From Tepidisphaeraceae bacterium (GTDB lineage Bacteria > Planctomycetota > Phycisphaerae > Tepidisphaerales > Tepidisphaeraceae), in the NCBI GenBank assembly GCA_036794395.1, contig DAIRGS010000003.1:1-62748 (forward strand): a DNA stretch of 62,748 bases, given 5' to 3'. The first letter of the stretch is position 1. The number at the start of each line of letters is the position of its first letter. The translations under genes were made by a program, and so were the position numbers. Positions 43,950 to 53,419 of the stretch are shown here, piece by piece. The notes under the pieces are model-generated. The model had not been told where the DNA came from, did no database searches, and was given only the letters and a program-made list of their open reading frames with translations.

Positions 43950-44245
43950 CTAAATGATCGTGCGCGATTCCGCGCTTCGTGGCATGGGGCTTCCCCTTCG
44001 GGTCTGAGCCTCAGGGTCGAAGACAGCCCATGATCGAGGGAGATAACCATCAGCGACGCGCCCGATTTGGGAAAACCAAGTTTCGACAGGTGGACAATCT
44101 TCTGATTCGCCGGCAGAAATGCCCCGTCCCGGAGAGTTGGTTTTCCCACATCTGACCCGGCGCCGGACCCGAAGCGTCCCCAACCACGGCTTAGAAAGCC
44201 GTGCCACGAAAACGCAATGTCGCGGAATCGCGCACCGTAATTTAG
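43950..44245. mobile_element. MITE-like element: two inverted ~150-bp repeat units with ~40-bp terminal inverted repeats
   Basis: Left end ctaaatgatcgtgcgcgattccgcgcttcgtggcatgg. The reverse complement of the right end is ctaaattacggtgcgcgattccgcgacattgcgttttcgtggcacgg. The right half (44074-44245) matches 1-174. The reverse complement of the left half matches 60125-60278. No ORF is present. Confidence 0.75.
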
Positions 44246-44246
44246 A

Positions 44247-45182
44247 TCACTTGAGCAATGTCTCCTGTTCCTCAGCGCTCAGATATTCCCCGCGCTGATA
44301 GAGCAATCCTTTTTCAAAATAAGCTTTCCTCCACACCTTCCACAACGAAAGATGCACCACCCCGATCGCATTGCCCGGCGGCAGCGCAACGCGAACCATC
44401 CCCTGCTCATCCCGAAACGGCATTCCCCACATGCACAAATAATTAAACAGCGGATCCACCAACACAGCACACTGATTTCGCCTGGCCAGCACGTTCAGCG
44501 CAATCTGCTCAGCCATGTGCCGCACGCGCTCCGATTCAGCTCCGTAATCACGCTGATACAACTCAACCAGCTCATTCCACCACATGTCCCACAGCGGGCA
44601 CTTCGCCGCCATCGCAAAAACCCCGCAATTCAAAACCGGCCGGCCGTACATCTCTCGAACCATCTCTTCGCCATATATAGTCCGGTGATAAAACGCGAGA
44701 TTCTTCAGTTGGTTTTCCACAAAGGTGTCGTTCAGATCGGAGTAGCCGTAATGCCATTCAGGGCAGATGAAAATCCGATCGCCCCCGCTCCGCGCCAGAT
44801 CGGCCAGATATGCCACCGACTGCGGCTGCTGAACCCACGTATCGCTGTCCAACCAAACAAACGCTTCAACGCCAGGAAACAACTTGGGCAACAACGGCCG
44901 AAACACCAGCGACCGCAAATATCCTTGCGCGAGCGGCTCCAACGCCCCAAGGGCGGAAGCGTCCAGTGCCCTTACCTCCACGCCGCGCGCCTTAAGCCAG
45001 TCCAGAGCCGTGCGATCACAGCCCGCATCCAGAAATGCCAACCCGATGTGCTCACAATCCAATTCACACTGCAAAAGTGAAAGAACAAGCCCTTTGGCCA
45101 ATAGGAAATAGTTCTGATCGCACGAGAAGACAACAAGAGTGTGAGGCATAAAGAGCCCGATCAAGCCCTGCTCATTAACCAC
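44247..45182 (-). CDS. Putative nucleotide-diphospho-sugar glycosyltransferase (GT8-like)
   Basis: VVFSCDQNYFLLAKGLVLSL and DxD-like VWLDSDTWV. An alternative start (MPHTLVV) lies at 45149. Confidence 0.55.
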   Translation of the reverse strand: MVNEQGLIGLFMPHTLVVFSCDQNYFLLAKGLVLSLLQCELDCEHIGLAFLDAGCDRTALDWLKARGVEVRALDASALGALEPLAQGYLRSLVFRPLLPKLFPGVEAFVWLDSDTWVQQPQSVAYLADLARSGGDRIFICPEWHYGYSDLNDTFVENQLKNLAFYHRTIYGEEMVREMYGRPVLNCGVFAMAAKCPLWDMWWNELVELYQRDYGAESERVRHMAEQIALNVLARRNQCAVLVDPLFNYLCMWGMPFRDEQGMVRVALPPGNAIGVVHLSLWKVWRKAYFEKGLLYQRGEYLSAEEQETLLK

Positions 45183-45350
45183 GATTTGGCGCGAAGCAAT
45201 CTAGCCCCGACGCGCTCGGATGCAAATCGCCCATCCGCAAATCCGTGCCAATATCGCCTATACTGCTGCCGCAAGGGCTCCTCACTACCCTCCCCGATCC
45301 AGACTCCCTAATATTATGTCGAATCCTTTTTCGTTCGGAGATAAACCACG

Positions 45351-48300
45351 GTGCGACCTGATTTCCTGAGTTTCTGTGCCCGGCGTGTCGCCATTCTGGA
45401 TGGCGCGATGGGGTCCAATCTTCAGTGCCGAACCCTCGACGTTCAGCGCGACTGGATGGGTCACGAGAATGCTTCGGAGGTGCTGAACTTCAGTCGCCCC
45501 GATATTATCCAGGAGATCCACGAGGCGTTTCTTGCCGTCGGCTGCGATGCGGTGGAAACCAACTCCTTCAACGGCAGCGCGGAGGATTTGTCCGACGCCG
45601 ATCTCTCGAGCCGCGCGGAAGAAGTCAATCGCGCCGCGGCCGAAATCGCGCGCCGCGCCTGTGACAAATTCGAAACCCCCGAAAACCCAAAGTACGTGGT
45701 TGGATCGATCGGCCCCACGCGTAAGTTGATCAGCATCGGGAACACCGATTGGGCCACATTGTTAAAAAGTTTCACGCCGCAGATGCGCGGCCTGATTATG
45801 GGCGGAGCGGATGTCCTTCTTATCGAAACCCAGCAGGATGTGCTGGCGATCAAGTGTGCCATCAACGCCGCCAATCGCGCTATGAAAGAACTGGGCAAGC
45901 GCGTTCCGATCATGGTGCAGGGTTCCTTCGACACCAATGGCGGACAGCAGATGCTGGCCGGTTCGGATCCCTCTGCCCTCGTCGCGGCAATCGAGCCCTA
46001 CGCCGAAGTCGCGTCATTAGGCGTCAACTGCGCATTCGGCCCGCCAGAACTCACTGAAACTGTTCGCTTCATCGCCGAAAACTGGCCCCGGCTGGTTAGC
46101 GCTCTTCCCAACGCGGGCTTGCCTGTGCTGGATGACAAGGGCCGGGCCAGTTTCCCCATGACGCCTCCGGATTTCACCCGGGGCATGATGCGCTTCGTCG
46201 AAGATTTCGGCGTCAACATCATCGGTGGGTGCTGCGGCACCATGCCCGAACATCTCAAGATGCTCGTGGATGCCGTAAGAGGCCGGGCGCCCAAAGCGCG
46301 AAATGTGCAGCGCAAGCCGCAAATTTCCAGCCTCTACAGCGCTGAAGATATTCGCCAGGACAAGAGCTACCTCGTCGTCGCCGAGCGAACGAACACCAAT
46401 GGCTCGCGCCAGTTCAAGCGGCTGCTCCAGGAAGATAATTGGGATGGCCTGGTCTCCATGGCCCGCGACGAAATCCGCGATGGCTCGCACATGCTCGATG
46501 TGTGCGTCGATTTTGTCGGCCGCGATGGCGTGCGCGACATGCACGAGGTCATCTCGCGGTACGTCCGCCAGATCAAAGCCCCGCTGATGCTCGACAGCAC
46601 CAACGCCGAAGTTATGGAAGCCGGCCTCAAGCTGGCCGGCGGTCGTTGCGTGCTCAACTCGATGAACCTCGAAGATGGCGAAGAGCGCATCGCCCATATC
46701 TGCGGCATCGCACGAAAATATGGCGCTGCCGTGGTCGCGGGAACGATCGACGAAGACAAGCTCAACGCCATGGCCCGAACCGCCGAGCGGAAGATCGCCA
46801 TCGCCACGCGCATTCGCGATTTGGCCGTCGGCAAGTACGGCATGCGCGATGAAGACATCATGTTCGATCCGCTCGTTTTGCCGATCTCAACCGGCATCGA
46901 GGAAGATCGTCGCAACGCATTGGAAACCATCGAAGGCACCCGCCGGATTTCCAGCGAGCTTCCCAGGTGCCACACCGTGGTTGGATTGTCCAACGTCAGC
47001 TTTGGCCTGAAACCCGCCGCGCGCGTCGTGCTCAACAGCGCGTTTCTCAACGAGCTGCGCGAGGCGGGTCTCACCGCGGCCATCGTTCACGCGTCCAAGA
47101 TCCTGCCCAGGAATCGGATTCCAGACGATCAGTGGAATGCCGCGCTCGATCTGATTTACGATCGTGGCCGCCGCGAAGGTTTCGATCCGCTCACGCACTT
47201 TATCTCGCTGTTCCCCGAGGACGGCCAGACGACGACCAACAAAGTCGCGGAGGATGAAAACCTGCCGATCGAGGAAAAGCTCAAGAAGCACATCATCGAT
47301 GGCGAAAAGCGAAATCTGACCGAGCACCTGGCCGAGGCCATGAAGACCTATCCGCCGCTCGAGATCATCAACAACCTTCTGCTCGAAGGCATGAAAGTGG
47401 TTGGCGAGCTCTTTGGGAACGGAACCATGCAGCTTCCGTTTGTGCTCCAAAGTGCTGAAACCATGAAATCAGCAGTGGCATACCTTGAGCCGTTCATGGA
47501 GAAGGCGGACGGGCAATCCAAGGGCAAAATTGTTCTGGCGACCGTCAAGGGCGACGTTCACGACATCGGCAAGAACCTCGTTGACATCATCCTCACCAAC
47601 AACGGCTACACCGTTTTCAATCTCGGCATCAAGCAGCCGATCACCGACATCCTCAAGGCCGCGGTCGAGAAAAAGGCCGATGCGGTGGGCATGTCCGGAT
47701 TGCTGGTCAAAAGCGTCGCCGTGATGAAGGAAAATCTCGAAGAGATGAACGCACGCGGCGTCCGCGTTCCCGTTCTGCTGGGCGGCGCGGCGCTCACCCG
47801 CGACTACGCCGAGGACGAACTCGCCAATCTCTATCAGGGCCCGCTTCTTTATTGCAAAGACGCCTTCGATGGGCTGCACGTGATGGATGCCATCGCCGGC
47901 GGTGAAACTCAAACCATCGTCACCACACAAAAAGAGCGATCCCAGAAAAGAAAACGACTCAAAGCCGAAAGCCAGGCCAAGTACGGCGACATTTTCAAAG
48001 GTTCCACCGCTGTCGATGCCCCGAAGATTGCCGGCGACAATCCCGTTCCACTGCCGCCATTCTGGGGCAAGCGCATCGTGACCGATATCCCGTTGCCCCA
48101 ACTCTTTCCCTACATCAATCCCGATGCCCTCTTCGGCGGACAATGGGGCTTCAAAAAACGCGGCATCAGTGAAGCCGAGTTCGAACGGCTGCTCGACGAG
48201 AAAGCGCGCCCCGCATTCGAGTCACTCCAACGCCGGGCAATCGAAGAACATCTGCTCGAGCCCAAGGTCACGTACGGCTACTTCCCCGTGCAGGCCCACG

Positions 48301-48893
48301 GCAACGATCTGATCCTCTACCACATCCAGGAATTCCAAGGCTGTACCTGCCACCCCGGCGGCCCCGGCCGACTCGAGCCCACCGGCAAACCCCGCGAGTG
48401 GATGCGCTTCAGCTTTCCGCGCCAGGAAGGACGGAGACGCTTGTGTATCTCCGATTTCTTCCGCTCGACCGAGAGCAAGCAATTTGACGTCCTGGGCATT
48501 CAGTTGGTTACCGTCGGCGATCGCGCCACCGAAGCCGCCGAGGCCCTTCGCGCCCAGAACAAGTATCAGGATTATCTCTTCCTCCACGGCTTCGGCGTCG
48601 AATCCGCCGAGGCCCTGGCAGAAATGTGGCACAAGCGCATGCGGCAGGAACTGGGCTTCTCCAGCGAAGACGCCCCAAAAATCAACGACCTGTTCCACCA
48701 GGCCTACCGCGGCAGCCGCTACAGCTTCGGCTACCCCGCCTGCCCCGATCTGGAAGGCCGGGCGAAGATCGTGGAACTGTTAGAGCCAGGAAGGATCGGC
48801 GTCACCCTCAGCGAAAACTTCATGCTGGTGCCCGAACAATCCACCGACGCGTTGGTCGTCCATCATCCCCAAGCAAGGTACTTCGACGTCTAA
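45351..48893 (+). CDS. metH: Cobalamin-dependent methionine synthase
   Basis: 1180 aa with all modules: Hcy-binding (ILDGAMGS), pterin-binding, B12-binding (GDVHDIGKN) and the AdoMet activation domain (RYSFGYPACP). GTG start. Confidence 0.93.
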   Translation: MRPDFLSFCARRVAILDGAMGSNLQCRTLDVQRDWMGHENASEVLNFSRPDIIQEIHEAFLAVGCDAVETNSFNGSAEDLSDADLSSRAEEVNRAAAEIARRACDKFETPENPKYVVGSIGPTRKLISIGNTDWATLLKSFTPQMRGLIMGGADVLLIETQQDVLAIKCAINAANRAMKELGKRVPIMVQGSFDTNGGQQMLAGSDPSALVAAIEPYAEVASLGVNCAFGPPELTETVRFIAENWPRLVSALPNAGLPVLDDKGRASFPMTPPDFTRGMMRFVEDFGVNIIGGCCGTMPEHLKMLVDAVRGRAPKARNVQRKPQISSLYSAEDIRQDKSYLVVAERTNTNGSRQFKRLLQEDNWDGLVSMARDEIRDGSHMLDVCVDFVGRDGVRDMHEVISRYVRQIKAPLMLDSTNAEVMEAGLKLAGGRCVLNSMNLEDGEERIAHICGIARKYGAAVVAGTIDEDKLNAMARTAERKIAIATRIRDLAVGKYGMRDEDIMFDPLVLPISTGIEEDRRNALETIEGTRRISSELPRCHTVVGLSNVSFGLKPAARVVLNSAFLNELREAGLTAAIVHASKILPRNRIPDDQWNAALDLIYDRGRREGFDPLTHFISLFPEDGQTTTNKVAEDENLPIEEKLKKHIIDGEKRNLTEHLAEAMKTYPPLEIINNLLLEGMKVVGELFGNGTMQLPFVLQSAETMKSAVAYLEPFMEKADGQSKGKIVLATVKGDVHDIGKNLVDIILTNNGYTVFNLGIKQPITDILKAAVEKKADAVGMSGLLVKSVAVMKENLEEMNARGVRVPVLLGGAALTRDYAEDELANLYQGPLLYCKDAFDGLHVMDAIAGGETQTIVTTQKERSQKRKRLKAESQAKYGDIFKGSTAVDAPKIAGDNPVPLPPFWGKRIVTDIPLPQLFPYINPDALFGGQWGFKKRGISEAEFERLLDEKARPAFESLQRRAIEEHLLEPKVTYGYFPVQAHGNDLILYHIQEFQGCTCHPGGPGRLEPTGKPREWMRFSFPRQEGRRRLCISDFFRSTESKQFDVLGIQLVTVGDRATEAAEALRAQNKYQDYLFLHGFGVESAEALAEMWHKRMRQELGFSSEDAPKINDLFHQAYRGSRYSFGYPACPDLEGRAKIVELLEPGRIGVTLSENFMLVPEQSTDALVVHHPQARYFDV

Positions 48894-48901
48894 CGACGAA
48901 G

Positions 48902-49242
48902 ATTAAACACGAAGGCACGAAGACACGAAGAATACAAAGTCAGAAGAATCAACCACAGAGGGCACAAAGAGCACAGAGGAAATCACAGAGAAGAACGTTT
49001 AGCCGCAGATGACGCAGATGGCCGCAGATGAAGAGAAAACAAAGCCAAAACCCATTTCAAATCGCGGTTTGTCTACCACGTTAACCATGCATTTTTTGTA
49101 TTTATCTGGCGCCCATCGGCGTCATCTGCCGCCAAATCTCTTGCATTAGATTTCTCCGTGTTTTCCTCTGTGAGCTCTGTGTTCTCTGTGGTTAATCGTC
49201 TTTGCCTTTTCTTCTTCGTGTCTTCGTGCCTTCGTGTTTAAT
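48902..49242. repeat. 341-bp three-tier nested inverted repeat (giant hairpin) between convergent metH and gltX
   Basis: The outer 31-bp arms are perfectly complementary: attaaacacgaaggcacgaagacacgaagaa (48902-48932) and ttcttcgtgtcttcgtgccttcgtgtttaat (49212-49242). The middle CACAGAG-word arms (48951-48983 / 49161-49193) and the inner GCAGATG-word arms (49002-49030 / 49114-49133) are imperfect. Confidence 0.85.
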
Positions 49243-49266
49243 TCTTATGTCTTGAAATTAGCGCCG

Positions 49267-50898
49267 TTAACTGCCCGCGAGGCATCGGTCGATCCGTGCC
49301 AGCGTGTGCTCGCGCCCAAGCATTTCAAGACTCTCAAAAATCGGCGGGCTGATCGTTGTTCCCGTCACCGCCACCCGCAATGGTTGAGCAACTTTCCCCA
49401 ATCCCAATTGCTTCTGCTCGGCATACTTCTTCACCAGCTCATCCAATGTCGCAGCCATCCATTCCGGAGCCGCCCCAAGCACCGGCCGCAGTTCGCGAAG
49501 CGCATTGAGTCCCTGCCCATCCTGCTTCTTCAGCACCTTCTCAACCGCATCGGCATCAAAAACAATCGCCTGATCCTCAATAAACAAGAACCGGCTCATC
49601 TCATCCACTTCCCGCAGTACGTGGAATCCCTTTTTCATCTGAAGCAACCGGGCCAGTTGCTCGTCGCTTGCCGAGTTGAGCGGTGAATCAGGATTAGCCT
49701 TTAGGTAATCCCGAAATGCCGCGATCATTCGCGGCAGCGGGGCGGCGGCGCATGCGTCGGTATTGAAGCTCAGCAACTTCTCCCGATTAAATTTCGCATT
49801 GCCCTTGCCGACCTGTTCGAGGGTGAAAAGCTCGACAAGGTCATTCATGCTCATGTGTTCCCGATCGTGCCCTGGATTCCACCCCAGCAGCGCGAGGAAG
49901 TTGTTGAGCACTTCCGGGAGATAACCGGCTCTCCGAAAATCATGAACCATGATCTCCGGCAGATCCGATTCGATTAGGCCAACTACCTTCATCACCTTCG
50001 GCTGCTCGGAAAGCTCCAGCTGTTTCTTGTCGTTGCCCAGCCAGTCCGCCAATCGCTCCGCCGGCAGCCCCGCCAGCCCGGCCACGTCCTCAATCGTCTT
50101 CTTCCGGCTCTTGAGAAATTCATGCGTCCGCTGGCGAACCTTCCGATCTCGATCGCGCTTGGAAAGCTTCTCGCCGGTTTCCGGTGCGAGGATCACCGGA
50201 AGATGCGCATAAACCGGACGCGGATAACCGAGCGCTTCCTGGAGGGCGATATGGTTCACCGTATTAAGCAGATGCTCCTGACCGCGAAGCACATGGTTCA
50301 CGCCCATCTCATGATCGTCCACCACAACCGCGAAATGGTACGTCGGCATCCCATCGGATTTGCGAATGACAAAATCCTGAACCTGGTCCGGCCCAACGCC
50401 CTGTCCATGCCCAAGCACCGCATCCTCAAACCGGAATTCTTTCACCGGCATCTTAAACCGCACCACGTGCGGCCGGCCTTCGGCTTCGTAACGCTTGATC
50501 TCTTCATCCGTCGGCTTCCCGCGGCGATACAAAAACGCCCGCTTCTGCTGCTCGGCCTGCTTTCGCAGCGCATCCAGCTCCGCCGAAGTCTCATACGCCT
50601 TATACGCCTGCCCCCGCGCGATCATGTCTTCAATGATGCGGTTGTAAATCTCAGTGCGCTTTGATTGAAACACAAGCTCCGAATTGTCCCAGTTAAATCC
50701 AAGCCACTTCAGGTCTTCAACCAGTTGATCACACGCTTCCTGCGTGCTCCGCGCCAGATCTGTATCTTCAATGCGAAGCAGGAATTTCCCCCCAAAGTGG
50801 CGCGCAAGCAGCCAGCTGAACAGCGCCGTGCGCGCGCCTCCCACATGCAGGTAGCCAGTAGGCGATGGAGCAAAACGCGTAACGACTTCGGTTGGCAT
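49267..50898 (-). CDS. gltX: Glutamate--tRNA ligase
   Basis: RFAPSPTGYLHVGGARTALF (HIGH) and KLSKRD (KMSKS-type) motifs. The start was chosen at MPTEVVTRF; the track ORF extends to 50943. Confidence 0.92.
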   Translation of the reverse strand: MPTEVVTRFAPSPTGYLHVGGARTALFSWLLARHFGGKFLLRIEDTDLARSTQEACDQLVEDLKWLGFNWDNSELVFQSKRTEIYNRIIEDMIARGQAYKAYETSAELDALRKQAEQQKRAFLYRRGKPTDEEIKRYEAEGRPHVVRFKMPVKEFRFEDAVLGHGQGVGPDQVQDFVIRKSDGMPTYHFAVVVDDHEMGVNHVLRGQEHLLNTVNHIALQEALGYPRPVYAHLPVILAPETGEKLSKRDRDRKVRQRTHEFLKSRKKTIEDVAGLAGLPAERLADWLGNDKKQLELSEQPKVMKVVGLIESDLPEIMVHDFRRAGYLPEVLNNFLALLGWNPGHDREHMSMNDLVELFTLEQVGKGNAKFNREKLLSFNTDACAAAPLPRMIAAFRDYLKANPDSPLNSASDEQLARLLQMKKGFHVLREVDEMSRFLFIEDQAIVFDADAVEKVLKKQDGQGLNALRELRPVLGAAPEWMAATLDELVKKYAEQKQLGLGKVAQPLRVAVTGTTISPPIFESLEMLGREHTLARIDRCLAGS

Positions 50899-51022
50899 GG
50901 GGGAAACGTAGGCCCGCAAGAGGCGCTGGGCAAGTAACGCCACAGCGAAGAAGCACGAGGGCTAACCCGGAAAGCGGAAACAGCGCGGAATCATTGTCTC
51001 CAGAATTCATGGGAAAAAGCTT

Positions 51023-51167
51023 AACCACAGAGAGCACAGAGAACACAGAGGGGGATACAAGATGACACAAAGAAAATGCTGGTTGGCAATCGTTCGGAGG
51101 TCCGTCAAACAGCCTGTTTGATGCTCTTCTCTGTGTTTCCTCTGTGTTCTCTGTGCCCTCTGTGGTT
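51023..51167. repeat. CACAGAG-word inverted repeat (29-bp arms, 1 mismatch) between pssA and gltX
   Basis: aaccacagagagcacagagaacacagagg (51023-51051) versus the reverse complement of cctctgtgttctctgtgccctctgtggtt (51139-51167). It uses the same word family as the middle tier of 48902-49242. Confidence 0.85.
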
Positions 51168-51190
51168 CAATTCTTTTTTTGTGTCGGGAA

Positions 51191-52156
51191 TTAAGTCGAC
51201 GGCATCAATCCCCGCCGCCGTACTCGCGCCAACGCCCACGACACCGGTCCCCAGAACGCATATATCAGCGTGCCGATGCCCAACGTGTAGCGATGGACGA
51301 TCACCAGCAGAAGCAACAGCATCAGTGACATCACCAGCCGCTGAATGCTTCGACGCCCGCGGAGATAGCGGTTCACCAGATGCGGATAGCGAATGGTGCT
51401 GACCATCAGCAGGCCCGCGCAGAGGACCAGGAGCGGGAGCAGCCAGACCATGGCGGCGGCGACGTCGTACATCGGGCCGTGGCGGATCAGGGCGTGGTCT
51501 CCCGGATCGATGAGATCCTGCTGCATGAGGATAAAGGACGCGACGACGGCCGCGGCTCCCGGGCTTGGGAGGCCGAGGAAGCTGAAGTGGTGTTGCTCAC
51601 CGTGCTCGTTGCTGACGTTGAATCGGGCGAGACGGATCATCGCGCAGCTCATATAGAGCGCGCCAATGCACCAGACCGTCTTAGCGACGAACGGGAAAGA
51701 CGCCACGCCCGAGTCGCGCGTGAAATCGTGAAAAAGCTTGAGCGCGACGACCATCGGCGCTACGCCGAAACTGACGACGTCGGCGAGGCTGTCGAGCTGA
51801 CCGCCGAAATCGGTCGTGTGGCGCGTGAGGCGCGCCAGCCGGCCATCGATTGCGTCGAACAGCATCGCCAGAAAGATAAAATAGGAGGCGGCAATTAATG
51901 GCGGGAGTGTCAGGAACTGGATGTCGAGCATCGCGATCCAGACGGCGGCGAAACCGCAGATCGCATTGCCCAGCGTCGCCAGCGAAGGCAGCGAATACAC
52001 CGATCGAATGTAAGCGCGTCGGCCGCGCCGTCGTGTTCGCCGCCGGCGGTGTTCGCGCTGGTCTTCGGTCAGGTCCTTGCGACGAAGGCGTTTGCGGCGG
52101 CGCTTGCGGTCGGGGCCGGGGGGGTCAGGTTGGGGCAAACCCGAAGGTTCGCTCAT
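51191..52156 (-). CDS. pssA: CDP-diacylglycerol--serine O-phosphatidyltransferase (CDP-alcohol phosphatidyltransferase family) with basic N-terminal extension
   Basis: DAIDGRLARLTRHTTDFGGQLDSLADVVSFGVAP equals the D-x2-DG-x2-AR...G-x3-D-x3-D motif. Multiple TM segments. ATGA overlap with psd. Confidence 0.85.
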   Translation of the reverse strand: MSEPSGLPQPDPPGPDRKRRRKRLRRKDLTEDQREHRRRRTRRRGRRAYIRSVYSLPSLATLGNAICGFAAVWIAMLDIQFLTLPPLIAASYFIFLAMLFDAIDGRLARLTRHTTDFGGQLDSLADVVSFGVAPMVVALKLFHDFTRDSGVASFPFVAKTVWCIGALYMSCAMIRLARFNVSNEHGEQHHFSFLGLPSPGAAAVVASFILMQQDLIDPGDHALIRHGPMYDVAAAMVWLLPLLVLCAGLLMVSTIRYPHLVNRYLRGRRSIQRLVMSLMLLLLLVIVHRYTLGIGTLIYAFWGPVSWALARVRRRGLMPST

Positions 52157-52884
52157 GCGGGAGTCTCCCGTGGAACGGTACGCTCAAAATCCTCGCCGTC
52201 GATTTGGGGTGCGGCAACGGTCGTGTGAATCGGGTTGCCCAGCTTGAAGATCACGTCAGCCGCTCCGCGAACCGTCTGGCCGACCTTCACCTGTACCTGC
52301 GGATCAAGCGATTTGAGGACGGTCAATTCCGTCCGGCTGCCGAACTTGATCATCCCGATGCGCTGTCCGCGCTTCAGAACATCGCCGGTATCGGCCGAGA
52401 ATATGATCCGCCGGGCGATGAGGCCGACGATCTGCTTTACCACCGCGATCGGCTTTCCGGTCGTCGGCTCGCCTAGAACGATCGTGTTGGATTCGTTCTC
52501 GTCGCTGGCCAACTGGTGGCGCATCGCGTTGATGAACTTGCCTTTCTTGTATTCGTGCTTCACGACCACCGCGTCGCATGGCGCGCGGTTGATATGGACG
52601 TTGAAGACCGACAGGAAGATGCCCACGCGAACCGCCGATCCGCCTAATGATTCATCGTGGGGCAGTTCGGAGATATCCGAAACGGTCCCGTCGGCCGGGC
52701 TCACCATTGTGTCCTGATCAGCCGGCACTTCGCGTTCCGGATCACGGAAGAAGGCAAACAGCCAGATCAGCACCGGCACAATTAACAGCGCCAGCGGCCA
52801 GAAAACATACCCAAGCCCGACGGCCACCGCCGCCAGAACCACAAACCCAATCAACATTTCGCGGGCGCCGTGGCGCGTTACCAT
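52153..52884 (-). CDS. psd: Phosphatidylserine decarboxylase proenzyme (short type)
   Basis: LSVFNVHINRAP and the self-cleavage site-like MIKFGSRTEL. Two N-terminal TM helices. Operon with pssA. Confidence 0.85.
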   Translation of the reverse strand: MVTRHGAREMLIGFVVLAAVAVGLGYVFWPLALLIVPVLIWLFAFFRDPEREVPADQDTMVSPADGTVSDISELPHDESLGGSAVRVGIFLSVFNVHINRAPCDAVVVKHEYKKGKFINAMRHQLASDENESNTIVLGEPTTGKPIAVVKQIVGLIARRIIFSADTGDVLKRGQRIGMIKFGSRTELTVLKSLDPQVQVKVGQTVRGAADVIFKLGNPIHTTVAAPQIDGEDFERTVPRETPA

Positions 52885-53005
52885 ATGACGCGCAAACTAA
52901 CCGGGACAGCCGGAATGTTCAATGTGAAAAGCGATTGCGCGGATTCGCCGCATCCCGAGCCCGATCACATGGCGAATCAAAGGTTCTCACGGATAAAATC
53001 CCGAC

Positions 53006-53224
53006 ATGCTCCATCGCCTTCCACTCGTATTTGCTCGACAACCTGAAGGTGGGTTCACGGTTACCTCACCGGCTCTTCCAGAGCTTTTGACAGAAGGCGA
53101 CACACTCGAAGAGGCTTATGCCAACGTGTCTGATGCGCTGGCGACGGTAATCGAACTCTATACAGAACAAGCGCGGCCGCTTCCCGAAAGAATCAACCGA
53201 GTCCACTTTCTTCCCACTGCATGA
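53006..53224 (+). CDS. HicB-like (UPF0150) antitoxin-fold protein, no adjacent HicA
   Basis: PEGGFTVTSPALPELLTEGDTLEEAYANVSDALATVIELY matches the HicB N-terminal domain pattern. Confidence 0.7.
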   Translation: MLHRLPLVFARQPEGGFTVTSPALPELLTEGDTLEEAYANVSDALATVIELYTEQARPLPERINRVHFLPTA

Positions 53225-53419
53225 CAGCGCGGTGTAATGTACAACGAGCAAATTTCTCCCAGCCCCGTTCGCGCCGAATGCCCCGTCCCATCCCGCAGAC
53301 CCCCACGCCGGGGTACAGCGGTACTCCGCGCCACCCCGGCTTTCCCCGGCGCCGCAATTCGCGACCGGAGAAGCCGAGACAATACCGATAGCACTTGTCC
53401 CAGATACCGGACCAGTCCT

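Noticed and set aside
45183-45350. Possible riboswitch upstream of metH
   Set aside because: I could not recognise SAM or cobalamin riboswitch core motifs by eye. A covariance-model scan (Rfam/Infernal) would be needed, so nothing is claimed.
48902-51167. CRISPR array interpretation of the repeated CACAGAG / CACGAAG / GCAGATG words
   Set aside because: The words are 7-mers in irregular tandem and are arranged as inverted arms. There are no 25-40-bp direct repeats with unique, constant-length spacers, and no cas genes are present.
52885-53005. Possible HicA toxin gene upstream of the HicB-like ORF
   Set aside because: No ORF of suitable size or HicA-like sequence exists in the 120-bp gap, so the HicB-like gene appears orphan.
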